DNA of 64,000 bases, from positions 1 through 64,000 of the forward strand of contig CAWBKB010000006.1 of assembly GCA_963789265.1 (NCBI GenBank), given 5' to 3'. Below the pieces are notes generated by a model. That model saw nothing but the letters and a program-made list of their open reading frames with translations. It had not been told where the DNA came from and did no database searches. The position numbers and the translations under genes are program-made. Each line of letters starts with the position of its first letter. Position 1 is the stretch's first letter. Positions 1 to 9,849 of the stretch are shown here, piece by piece. The DNA is from an uncultured delta proteobacterium. Its GTDB lineage: Bacteria; Desulfobacterota; Desulfomonilia; Desulfomonilales; Desulfomonilaceae.

Positions 1-1505
1 GGGTGTAGCAAAAGGGGACTGCGTAGCACTTTATCTTCTGAACTGCCCACAGTACGTGATTGCTTATCTGGGGGCACTATCAAGGATTCCGGGGCGGTGA
101 TAACGCCGATAAGTCCCGTTTACACCAGCAGTGAAGTCAAGCACCAACTTACGGACAGCGGGGCAAAAACTTTAGTTTGTGCTCAGGATATATCTACAAT
201 AACGTCGAAAAAAGCGGCGTTAAGCTCGACAACGTAATCCTGACAAATGTCAGCGAGTACCTGCCGTGGTTAGAGAGACTCTTCGGCAAGAGCGCACTTG
301 GAAAGGTCTACCGGGAAATGCAAGTCCAGGTTCCCAAGGCACTCAAGGGAGCGGGGTTCCATCAGTTCCAGGATCTCATCGCGAAATATGCTGCCGATCC
401 TCCCAAGATTCCTATTCAAGCCGACCGGGACGTAGCTGTGCTGCCCTACACCGGCGGAACCACCGGGCTGCCCAAGGCGGCGATTTTGACGCACAGGAAT
501 CTCGTGGCATGTCAGGCTCAGGCCCTCGCGTTCTGGAAGGACGTCTTGGAGCCCGGCAAAGATGTAATTGTCGCGTTTTTGCCATTCTTTCACATATATG
601 GTCAGGTCGTCATCATGTTGTCCTCGCTTCTCCAGGGTTCTACACTCGCCCTGCTAACGACGCCCGACATGGACGACATACTTCAAGCGACTGAATTGTA
701 CAACGCTTCAGTCTTCTTCGGTGTGCCCACCATGTTCGAATACCTCAAGGAATACGAAAAAACCGACCGGGTGAACTGGAAGAAACTCAAAATGATCGGC
801 TGCGGAGCGGACACTCTCCATGAATCCACCATGAAGGACTGGGAACGCAGAACCGGGAGCAAGATCACAGAAGGGTACGGCATGACGGAAACCACCGCTC
901 TCAGCCATGGAAATCCGCTCCACAGAGTTAAAGCCGGCTCGTTCGGTGTGCCCATTCCAAACGTTAACGCCGCGATCATAGATCACAGCGGCCTTGACTT
1001 TATGCCGGTCGGCGAGGTTGGCGAACTTATCGTATGCGGGCCCAATGTCATGCAGGGGTACTGGAACCGACCTGAAGAGACAGCCGATTCATTGATTGAG
1101 ATCGATGGCGAGAAATGGTTGAGAACCGGCGATTTGGTCCGCATGGACGAAGAAGGCTACTTTCATTTCTTCGACAGAAAGCGAGACCTGATCAAGGTAA
1201 AGGGATATGCGGTCTTCGCCAGGCACGTGGAAGAAGTCCTGTATAATCATCCACAAATCAAAGCGGCCGGGGTGGTGGGAGTGCCGGATCCTAAAGCAGG
1301 GGCAATAATAAAGGCATACGTGGTGCTGCAGCCCGAAGCAAGGGGCAAGGTCTCAGAGGAGGACATCATTACCTATTGCCGGGAAAATCTCGCTCACTAC
1401 AAAGTTCCAAAAATAGTCGAATTAAGGGGCGAGCTTCCCAAGACGGATGTAGGCAAGGTATCCCGTCGCGAAGCTCCGAGAAGAGGCCGAGGAGAGCTGA
1501 CATGA
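1..1505 (+). CDS. Long-chain fatty acid/acyl-CoA ligase (AMP-binding), 5'-truncated, with apparent indels near both ends
   Basis: AMP-binding motifs YTGGTTGLPK, EGYGMTE, LRTGD, LPKTDVGK. Upstream frames continue (GDCVALYLLNCPQ; VITPISPVYT). Removing one base near 1470 gives the C-terminus RRELREEAEES*. Confidence 0.9.
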
Positions 1506-2269
1506 TAGAGCCCTTGCTTGAAATCAGGAATCTCGGCAAGAGCTTCGGCGGGCTCCGTGCGGCCAATAATGTCAGCTTGCTTATGGGACGCCGCGAAATG
1601 ATCGGCCTGATTGGGCCCAATGGAGCCGGCAAGACCACTTTGATCCGGTTGATCATGGGGATTCTACGGCCCGATTCCGGGAGCATTCATTTCAAGGGTA
1701 CGAATATCAGCGGACGCAAGACCTGGGACATTGTGAACATGGGGATCGCGTCCACGTTCCAAAATATGCGCCCATTTCGACGGTTGCCCATCATTGCCAA
1801 CGTGATGGTTTCGTGTCTATGCCCGCGCGCCATGAAGAGGGGAGAGTGGGTGAAAAGGATCGAAGCCAAGGCTATGGATGCCCTGGAATTTGCGGGCATA
1901 TCTGACATGGCGCTCGAGAAGGCTTCCACGCTTTCGCAGGGCGATTTGAAACGCCTGGAAGTGGCCCGGGCCATAGCTACCGAGCCTGAATTGCTTCTCC
2001 TGGACGAGCCGTTCGGCGGCTTGAGCCCTGCCGAAACAGAATTAATGGCCAAATCCATAAAAAGGCTGCACAAAGGCGGACGTTTTGGCCGACTACACAG
2101 CGAAGGGCCGGCCATGATCATCGTCGAACACAAACTGCAGCAACTGATGAAGATCGTGGACCGCATTGTGGTGCTAAATTTCGGAATGCTTATTGCCGAT
2201 GGAAGACCGGATGAAGTGATCCGGAAACCGGAAGTTGTTCAAGCCTATTTCGGAGAAGGAGGCATCTGA
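1502..2269 (+). CDS. Branched-chain amino acid-type ABC transporter ATP-binding subunit (LivG-like)
   Basis: Walker [10 protein letters not shown], signature LSQGD, Walker B LLLLDEP, C-terminal PEVVQAYFG. Confidence 0.9.
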   Translation: MIEPLLEIRNLGKSFGGLRAANNVSLLMGRREMIGLIGPNGAGKTTLIRLIMGILRPDSGSIHFKGTNISGRKTWDIVNMGIASTFQNMRPFRRLPIIANVMVSCLCPRAMKRGEWVKRIEAKAMDALEFAGISDMALEKASTLSQGDLKRLEVARAIATEPELLLLDEPFGGLSPAETELMAKSIKRLHKGGRFGRLHSEGPAMIIVEHKLQQLMKIVDRIVVLNFGMLIADGRPDEVIRKPEVVQAYFGEGGI

Positions 2270-2270
2270 G

Positions 2271-3021
2271 TTGCTGCTGAGCGTAGCCAATTTGACCGTG
2301 ATTTACGACAGGGCAATGATAATCAACGACCTCTCGATCCACGTGAACCAGGGAGAACTCGTCAGCCTGGTGGGCCCCAATGGAGCCGGCAAGTCCACTC
2401 TCCTCCGCGCGGTAACAGGACTCGTTTCCTGGGAGAAGAAACGTGCTTCGCAAGACCACCGGCGGGGAGATAACCCTGAAGGGAGAGGTGATTTTCGATG
2501 GGCAGCGAATTGATAACATTCCCGCGCACGAGATTGTAAAGAAGGGCCTGATACATTGCCCCGAACGAAGGAGACCGTTCAGGGAGATGACGGTCCTGGA
2601 GAATCTTATGGCCGGGGCGTATCTCGTAAAGAATAGGGCAGAGGTTCGCAACAATCTGGAGAAGGTCTATCAGCTCTTCCCAATTCTTCATACTCGCTCC
2701 GGCCAAGTATCCGGTAAGTTGTCCGGTGGAGAACAGCAGATGCTTGCGATTGGTCGTGCCCTTATGTTTCGTCCGAAGCTGCTGTGCATTGACGAGCCTT
2801 CCACCGGATTGGCGCCGATAATGCGCGAGGAAGTTTTCAATAAGATCGATGAAATTTGTAACCTGGGGATAACTGTGCTCCTGGTCGAACAAGAGGTTAG
2901 TAGGGTCTTTAAGATGGCTACCCGAAACTACGTTCTGTCTTCGGGAAAGATCATAGCTGAAGGGTCAGGGACAGATTTGCTTCAAAATGAGGTCATTCGA
3001 AGGACCTATTTAGGACTTTAG
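2271..3021 (+). CDS. ABC transporter ATP-binding subunit (LivF-like), frameshifted near 2440
   Basis: The N-part in ORF 2235..2513 (GPNGAGKST) joins ORF 2443..3021 ([22 protein letters not shown]) if one A is removed from AAGAAAC. Confidence 0.88.
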
Positions 3022-3135
3022 GCCCACACACAGCGAAAAAGTTTGTCACCGAGAGAAAGCTTTACCTGTTTTGTGCTGAACAACGGCACTTGATTGAAGT
3101 ATCAAACCTATAAACTATAATAAGGAGAGACTCAG

Positions 3136-4338
3136 ATGAGAGAAGTAGTAATAGCAGGATACTTGAGGACAGCTCAATCCCGCTCGCGGCCTAAAGATCC
3201 GGCCAGGGACGTATTCGGCAAGATGCGGGCCGATGAAATGTTGGCCAAGTTGCTCCCTGAAGTTGCCAAGAGAACAGGGATTAACCCCGAGGAAATCGAC
3301 GATTTCATAGTAGGGTGCGCCACCGCGGTCGGTGAGCAATGGGCTTATGGCGGTCGTTTCCCGATCTTTTTGGCCAATTTCCCCAAGACGGTTGCGGCAA
3401 AGTTTGTGGACCAGCAGTGCGGTTCCTCAATGGCCGCGATACACGTGGGTTTTCTTGAGGTTGGCACGGGTAATGCCGATATCGTCATGGTGGGCGGGAT
3501 GGAGCACATGACGAGGATTCCAATGGGGCAATCGACCACGGAAGGTGGGTTGATCGCCCCCAATTTGGCGTTATTCTCTGCTCCGGAGTACCTGCACTGG
3601 GACATGATGACCACTCTGAATATGGGGCTTACAGCCCAGAAGCTGCTCCTTCAGTCCGGCCTGACCAGGGAAGATATGGACAAATGGTCCCTGCGATCTC
3701 ACCACCGCGCCGCTAAGGCACAGGCAGATGGTTTCTTTGATGGAGAGATACTACCCATAGACGCGCCCCAGGCGGACGGTACGACTCTTACCGTGAAGAC
3801 GGATCAGGCTGTACGAGCGGATACGACCCTCGAGGGCTTGGCAAAGCTCTCACCTGCGTACAAGAAGGACCATCAGATAACCGCGGGGAATTCATCTCCG
3901 CTCAATGCGGCCGCTTCATCCATGATCTTGATGTCAAAGGAAGCGGCTCAGGCAAAGGGGATCAAGCCCTTGGCTACTATAAAGTCCATCGGATTCGCGG
4001 GGGTAGATCCCACGATTATGGGCGCGGGGCCGGTGCCTGCCAGCCAAAAAGCACTTCAAAAGGCAGGGCTCCAGGCCAAGGACATTGATTACTGGGAGAT
4101 AAACGAGGCATTTTCCGTTGTGGCTCTGAACTGCATCAAAGAGCTGGGGATCGATCCGGAGAAGGTCAACGTCAATGGCGGCGGAGTCGCCATCGGGCAT
4201 GCTCTGGGTGCCACAGGGATTCGACTGGTAGGAACTCTGGCCCGCACATTGGGGCAGAACAACGGACGGTACGGCTGCGCCAATGCCTGTGTAGGCGGAG
4301 GCCAGGGCGTAGCCACAATCATAGAGCGGGCGGTCTGA
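3136..4338 (+). CDS. Acetyl-CoA C-acyltransferase (thiolase)
   Basis: QQCGSS catalytic Cys, NEAF, GHALGATG and CVGGGQG motifs; AGGAG RBS. Confidence 0.95.
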   Translation: MREVVIAGYLRTAQSRSRPKDPARDVFGKMRADEMLAKLLPEVAKRTGINPEEIDDFIVGCATAVGEQWAYGGRFPIFLANFPKTVAAKFVDQQCGSSMAAIHVGFLEVGTGNADIVMVGGMEHMTRIPMGQSTTEGGLIAPNLALFSAPEYLHWDMMTTLNMGLTAQKLLLQSGLTREDMDKWSLRSHHRAAKAQADGFFDGEILPIDAPQADGTTLTVKTDQAVRADTTLEGLAKLSPAYKKDHQITAGNSSPLNAAASSMILMSKEAAQAKGIKPLATIKSIGFAGVDPTIMGAGPVPASQKALQKAGLQAKDIDYWEINEAFSVVALNCIKELGIDPEKVNVNGGGVAIGHALGATGIRLVGTLARTLGQNNGRYGCANACVGGGQGVATIIERAV

Positions 4339-4372
4339 AGCGTATTGTATTTGCCGCTCGATAGGAGGACCA

Positions 4373-5872
4373 ATGAGAACGAAAGAGGAGTACATTCAGG
4401 GTCTGGCTAAGATGAAACGAAACATTTATTTCAATGGTAGTCTCATCGACCGCACAGACGAACTACAGACTCCATGCCTCGGTACCATCGGCACGACGTA
4501 TGATGAAGCGGCCAGGCCCGAGAATCAGGATGTGCTGACCGCTATCTCTCATCTTACCGGTGAGAGGATCAATCGTTTTACCCATATCCACCAGAACACG
4601 GACGATCTTCACAAGAAGCAGGACATGACCAGGCTGCTTTGCCACAAGGTGGGGGGCTGCATCCAGCGCTGCATGGGGATCGACGCGACTAATGCGATCT
4701 ACAACGTTTCGTACGAGGCGGACAAGATCAACAATGGCGCTACCAACTACCACGAGAATTTCAAAAAGTGGTTGACCCGCTTTCAGACGGAAGATCTGGT
4801 GGGCTGCTGTGCTCAGACAGACGTCAAGGGTGATCGGCTGCTACGGCCCGCGGATCAGCCCGACCCGGATGTTTATGTTCACATCAAGGAGAGGCGTAGC
4901 GACGGCATCGTGGTAAGTGGATGCAAGCTGCACATCTCCGAGGCTTCCGTAGCGGACGAAGTTTTGGTGGTGCCCACAAGGGCCCTGAGGCCGGAAGACA
5001 AAGATTACGCGGTGGCCTTCGCGATCCCGGGGGACTGGGACGGGTTGAAGCAGGTGGTCACCATACACAACCTCAGACCCAGAGAGCATTTCAAGCGAGG
5101 CTTTATGCAGGGGGCCACGGATTCCTACTTGATTTTTGACGACTGCTTTGTTCCCTGGGACAGAGTGTTCCTGGCGGGTGAATGGCAGCACGGCGGGGTC
5201 CTGGCTCTCCTTTTCGCTTTATTTCATCGACATTCCTATTCGGGCTGCAAGCCTGCCATCGGCGATCTTCTCTTGGGAACGGCAGCCCTGGCCGCGGAAA
5301 TGAACAACGTTCATAAAGCATCGCACGTTCGAGAGAAGCTGGCCGAGATCATCATGACCACAGAGTTGGGCTACGCGGCCGGATACACTGCCTCTGACCT
5401 GGGCAAGCCGGAAGTATACATACCCGGAATAGGTTTTGTGCCGTACGGCCCGGGATCGTATATCCCGAATTCCATTTACTGTAACGTGGGGCGCTGTCTC
5501 TCGGGTGAGGCGGTCTACAGGGAAGCGGAGATACTTTGTGACATCGCGGGCGGTGTGGTAGCAACTTTTCCCCACGAAAAGGATTTCATGAACCCCGAGC
5601 TCAAGGATCTGCTAATGAAATATACCCGGCGGAATCCGAAGATCTCGGTAGAGGACCAGGCGCAGTTCTGGCGGTACCTGGGCGACATCCTCTGCTCCGC
5701 TAGTGGTGGCATAACCAAGGTGGGGAACTACCATGGCGGAGGATCACCGGTAATGGAGCAAATCGCCATTACTAGCCAATATGACATCGAATCCAGGAAG
5801 AAACTGGTGCGGCACATCGCTGGTATGAGCGGGGGCGACCGTGACGCGTTGAGTAAAGAGAGGAAAAAGTAA
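4373..5872 (+). CDS. 4-hydroxybutyryl-CoA dehydratase / vinylacetyl-CoA isomerase family (AbfD-like, FAD and 4Fe-4S)
   Basis: CIQRC and HRHSYSGCK match the AbfD cluster-ligand motifs; TDVKGDR; HGGGSP. Confidence 0.8.
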   Translation: MRTKEEYIQGLAKMKRNIYFNGSLIDRTDELQTPCLGTIGTTYDEAARPENQDVLTAISHLTGERINRFTHIHQNTDDLHKKQDMTRLLCHKVGGCIQRCMGIDATNAIYNVSYEADKINNGATNYHENFKKWLTRFQTEDLVGCCAQTDVKGDRLLRPADQPDPDVYVHIKERRSDGIVVSGCKLHISEASVADEVLVVPTRALRPEDKDYAVAFAIPGDWDGLKQVVTIHNLRPREHFKRGFMQGATDSYLIFDDCFVPWDRVFLAGEWQHGGVLALLFALFHRHSYSGCKPAIGDLLLGTAALAAEMNNVHKASHVREKLAEIIMTTELGYAAGYTASDLGKPEVYIPGIGFVPYGPGSYIPNSIYCNVGRCLSGEAVYREAEILCDIAGGVVATFPHEKDFMNPELKDLLMKYTRRNPKISVEDQAQFWRYLGDILCSASGGITKVGNYHGGGSPVMEQIAITSQYDIESRKKLVRHIAGMSGGDRDALSKERKK

Positions 5873-5967
5873 GTCGGACCCCCAAGCGGAGGCTGTCTAT
5901 TACCACATTGGCCTCCGCTTGTCTTTGATATCAATGTGTTTTCAAGCGGGTAACGTCGTCGCTGATC

Positions 5968-6107
5968 TGTAGGGGCCGATCCGTGTGTCGGCCCGGGTTT
6001 CAGGGCACACACGTCGGTGTGCCCCTGCCAGATCTATAGAACTTCCTGGAATGCGAACCGGTAAGAGACATGTACCATCTGTGGCAGGGGCGTGATTCAT
6101 CACGCCC
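5968..6107. repeat. GTAG-type REP palindrome cluster
   Basis: GTAGGGGCCGATCCGTGTGTCGGCCC...GGGCACAC..GTGTGCCCCTGC and GCAGGGGCGTGATTCATCACGCCC hairpins. Related GGGGCGGGTTTCAAACCCGCCCCTAC-type copies lie near 23760, 25070 and 52867. Confidence 0.7.
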
Positions 6108-6153
6108 TTTCTTGCGCGAGCAATGAATTTCACATCTGATTTGGAGTACAAAT

Positions 6154-6957
6154 ATGAAAGCGGATAAGACGGGCCGTTTGAACGGCAAAGTCGCTGTTAT
6201 CACCGGAGCTGCGAGCGGCATTGGGCGGGCTGCTGCGCTTCTTTTTGCCCGGGAAGGGGCCAAGTTGGTTCTTGCCGATTGGCATGAAGAAGGAGTAAAG
6301 GAAACACTCAAGCTCGTGTTGAACGAGGGCGGAGAGGCCGTCGCGCAGAGAACGAATGTGGCGGTTGAAGACGAAGTCAAGGGGCTGATCGATCTGGCGC
6401 TCAAAAGCTACTCCGTCATCGATATTGTCTGTAACAATGCCGGAATTACAGGACAGTTGGTCGGTTTGGAAGAGCAAGATGGAAAAGACTGGCATGAAGT
6501 CTATGGGGTGAATGTCCTGGGTGCGGTCTTTATGACAAAACACGTGGCCCGGCACATGCAAGAACGCAAAAGAGGAGCGATTGTAAATACCTCTTCAGTA
6601 GCCGGTATTCGCTCCGGGGCAGGGGGTAATGCCTACAGCGCAAGCAAGGCGGCCGTTATCAACTTTACCCAGACTTCTGCTTGTGACCTTGGCGCGTACA
6701 ATATTCGAGTCAACACGGTCTGTCCGGGTCTGATCGAGACTGGCATGACCAAACCGGTATTTGATATGGCCCGAGAAAGAGGGAAATTTGACAAGCTGGG
6801 GAGTCGCTGCGAGTTGCGGCGCTATGGCCGGCCCGAAGAAGTCGCCGCGGCCATTCTTTTTCTGGCAAGTGATGAAGCCAGCTATATTACAGGCCAGGCT
6901 ATTCCTGTTGACGGCGGCAATACCGCTTCACTCAACCTGCCGGGCATGAAATTTTGA
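6154..6957 (+). CDS. SDR family NAD(P)-dependent oxidoreductase
   Basis: TGAASGIG, NNAG and YSASK motifs. Confidence 0.93.
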   Translation: MKADKTGRLNGKVAVITGAASGIGRAAALLFAREGAKLVLADWHEEGVKETLKLVLNEGGEAVAQRTNVAVEDEVKGLIDLALKSYSVIDIVCNNAGITGQLVGLEEQDGKDWHEVYGVNVLGAVFMTKHVARHMQERKRGAIVNTSSVAGIRSGAGGNAYSASKAAVINFTQTSACDLGAYNIRVNTVCPGLIETGMTKPVFDMARERGKFDKLGSRCELRRYGRPEEVAAAILFLASDEASYITGQAIPVDGGNTASLNLPGMKF

Positions 6958-6968
6958 GGTAACAACCA

Positions 6969-8519
6969 ATGGGCATGAAAGAGGCTTCTGAGGAATTGAA
7001 GCTACGAAAAGCCAAGGCCATGGCGATGGGCGGTCCCGAGAAGATTGCCGGAAAACACGCTGCGGGGCTCAAAACCGCCAGAGAGCGTATTGAGAGGTTA
7101 CTGGATCCCGGCAGTTTCTTCGAGATGGGGTTGCTAAACCATTCGGACATACCCGGAATGGAAGACAAGACCCCGGCCGACGGCAAGGTCTGCGGTTTCG
7201 GAATAATCGACGGCCGATCTGTTGCGGTTTCCGCGGATGATGCCACTATTCTGGCCGGGACAGGAGGTCGGATCGGCGTCGCAAAGGAGCACCGGCTCAG
7301 CCACTGGGCGACCGAAAAAGGTTATCCCATAATTCATTTGGGCGAAGGCGGAGGCGCTCGCATACCCGACATCATGGGCTCGGAAGGGCTATGCTCGATG
7401 ACCATGAGAAAGGAAATGGCCGTACGATGCCGTCAGGTCCCCTTTGTCGCAAGCATCATGGGGGAATGTTTCGGAGGGCCGTCTTGGCTGGCAGCGCTTG
7501 CGGACTTCGTAGTTCAAGTGAAAGGGACGTGTATGGCTGTCTCGGGCCCGAGAGTGCTTGAAGTGGCTACCAGCGAGAAAGTTGAAAACGAAGATCTGGG
7601 TGGATGGAGGCTCCATGCCGAAATTACAGGCCAGGTGGATCGGGTGGCGGAAGACGAAGATGACTGTTTCCGCATAATTAGAGAATTCCTTTCCTACATG
7701 CCGTCCAACGCGCAGGAGTTGCCGCCGGTTGTTCCGCCGCGAGGAGACGACCAGGACACAAGACAAGAAAAGCTGCTGTCTCTCGTGCCGGACGAACCCC
7801 GCCGTGGATACGACATGAACCGTCTGATCAAGACCATCGTTGACGATGAGCAGATATTTATGCTCAAGCCCGAATTTGACCGCAGCGTAACTACCTGCCT
7901 GGCCAGAATCGATGGCCACACTGTGGGTATCATCGCGAATCAGCCCATGCATACGGCCGGGGCCATGGGGCCAGACGGCTGCGACAAATGCTGCAGCTTT
8001 ATCTGTCTGTGCGATTCCTACAACATTCCGCTCATTTTTCTTCATGATACTCCCGGCTTCCTGGTGGGCAAGGCCGCGGAACTCAAGCGCATGCCGGGCA
8101 AGATCATTAATTTCATCGAGGCAATTGCTCTTTCTACAGTTCCAAAGATCTCCCTCGTGATCCGCAAGTCTTATGGGATGGCCTACTCGAACATGTGCGG
8201 CACAGGCATGGGTGCGGATTTTGTTCTGGCATGGCCTGGCGCGGAGATCAGCTTTATGGCGCCGGAAGTCGCGGCCAATGTTGTTTATCGCAGAAAGATA
8301 GACGAATCTGATGACGTCAAGGCCGCTCGCCATCAGGCCGAACTACAAATGAGGGCAGCCGGCGCACCATGGAAAGCTGCGGGTCTGCAATTGCTTGACG
8401 ACGTGATCGATCCCCGGGACACTCGAAAAGTGCTGACTCATATTTTGAAGTTGGCCGGAGGGAACAATGGCGGCTACCGAAGCAAACGATTATTGGCCAA
8501 TTGGCCTACGACCTTTTGA
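6969..8519 (+). CDS. Acyl-CoA carboxylase/decarboxylase carboxyltransferase (beta) subunit
   Basis: TARERIERLLDPGSF, GGGARI, DTPGFLVG and DDVIDPRDTR motifs. Confidence 0.92.
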   Translation: MGMKEASEELKLRKAKAMAMGGPEKIAGKHAAGLKTARERIERLLDPGSFFEMGLLNHSDIPGMEDKTPADGKVCGFGIIDGRSVAVSADDATILAGTGGRIGVAKEHRLSHWATEKGYPIIHLGEGGGARIPDIMGSEGLCSMTMRKEMAVRCRQVPFVASIMGECFGGPSWLAALADFVVQVKGTCMAVSGPRVLEVATSEKVENEDLGGWRLHAEITGQVDRVAEDEDDCFRIIREFLSYMPSNAQELPPVVPPRGDDQDTRQEKLLSLVPDEPRRGYDMNRLIKTIVDDEQIFMLKPEFDRSVTTCLARIDGHTVGIIANQPMHTAGAMGPDGCDKCCSFICLCDSYNIPLIFLHDTPGFLVGKAAELKRMPGKIINFIEAIALSTVPKISLVIRKSYGMAYSNMCGTGMGADFVLAWPGAEISFMAPEVAANVVYRRKIDESDDVKAARHQAELQMRAAGAPWKAAGLQLLDDVIDPRDTRKVLTHILKLAGGNNGGYRSKRLLANWPTTF

Positions 8520-8682
8520 TGTTGCATTTTCGCGGCGATAATTGCAGTGATAAGCAGCGCAAAGTTCGGAATTGCTGTGGGGGTTCCACCGGGCTGTCGA
8601 TCGCATAATATAAAACCGAATAAAGCTCACAATACCGAGCAAACGGGAGGGTACCAGCAATTTGGCGAGCCCGGCTCGCCCC

Positions 8683-8860
8683 CATAGGCGTTAACTTAAG
8701 GCAATTTCGTTCCTTTTAAGGAGGTCCGTGCAGGCCGAGGGAGATCAGAGTCCCCCTTTTCTAAAGGGGGATTTTCAAGTAGTTATCCCAAAATCCCCCC
8801 TGGCCCCCCTTTACGAAAGGGGGGAACTCCGCGTTTCGCGGGGTTAAGTTAACGCCTATG
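8683..8860. mobile_element. MITE family 1 (TIR CATAGGCGTTAACTTA), copy 1
   Basis: 16-bp terminal inverted repeats. Near-identical copies at 41406-41594 and, inverted, 51660-51846. Near-direct flanks GGCTCGCCCC/GGCTCCCCCC. Confidence 0.85.
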
Positions 8861-9112
8861 GGCTCCCCCCCGGACCGGCAGCAAGGCCCACTTCCCCAGG
8901 CCGCTCCGCCAGATTTCGCCTATAGGCGCTGAGGACAATTCTCGGCGATTTTCTGGTAGAAAGTGGGAATACCGAACGCCGGGATATGTGTGTGGGTCGT
9001 CGGGTAACTGACGGTCCTACCTTGATTGACAAGCCGTTCCGAACCAGCGGTGGCCAGTGGTGCTGAGCGGATCTTCAGTAATCACCTAGCTGGTTCCAAA
9101 TCCGGCTGGGGG

Positions 9113-9817
9113 CTATCTCACAGCAGCCTTTCTTCGGCTAGTGATCTCGATGTTCAGAGTGGCGTCAGGTTCAGGCTTGAAGTCCCTCACGTCAAACCTG
9201 ATCACCCTCTCAGAGCGTAACTTGTGGCTTTGTGGTAAGTTGAGCTTGGCGTCGAAGGTCTTTGTCCCGTCTATTGCCGAACCGTCCACCGTGAAGATGG
9301 CCTTGCCGATGCTGCCCTTCCAAAGGGATCCTGTACCAACGATGTACTCGGCAAAGTCGTCACTGGAAGCATACTTATATGTTTCGGGATATTTGACCTC
9401 ATACGCTACGCGAATAATGGTTGTCGCGTGTCCCGGAAAGGTCACGTGTCCCGCCAGCCACTGCTTGCCTTCTTTAGCGAAGGCGACTCTCTTGCCGTCT
9501 ACCCAGGCATGGAACTGGAGGAAATCCTGATAGCTCACGTCCTCGTGCATCTCATGTCGATTCTTGGGGAAGCCCACCCATTCCGTTGTCGCTTCTCCAG
9601 AATTAACCATGTAATACACTCCTTCCACCGTATAGGTGCCTCTGCCTAGACGGATTGTCACTTCTTCGGCATCCATTCGAATGGTCTCATGAGGCCCCTT
9701 GGCCGAGACTGTCCCACCGGAAATCGGCCACGGCGCAGGGTTCGCTCTTAGCAGACATGGGGTGCAAAGGAGCCCGGCCAAAAGTAAAGTGAGACAGAAT
9801 ATCGAGCTACGTGTCAC
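9113..9817 (-). CDS. Secreted protein, DUF4424-like
   Basis: Signal peptide; IRMDAEEVTI, VGFP and YIVGTGSLWKGSIG resemble DUF4424 proteins. Confidence 0.6.
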   Translation of the reverse strand: MTRSSIFCLTLLLAGLLCTPCLLRANPAPWPISGGTVSAKGPHETIRMDAEEVTIRLGRGTYTVEGVYYMVNSGEATTEWVGFPKNRHEMHEDVSYQDFLQFHAWVDGKRVAFAKEGKQWLAGHVTFPGHATTIIRVAYEVKYPETYKYASSDDFAEYIVGTGSLWKGSIGKAIFTVDGSAIDGTKTFDAKLNLPQSHKLRSERVIRFDVRDFKPEPDATLNIEITSRRKAAVR

Positions 9818-9849
9818 GGGATTTCCTCCTTGATCGATTTATTGGCCGA

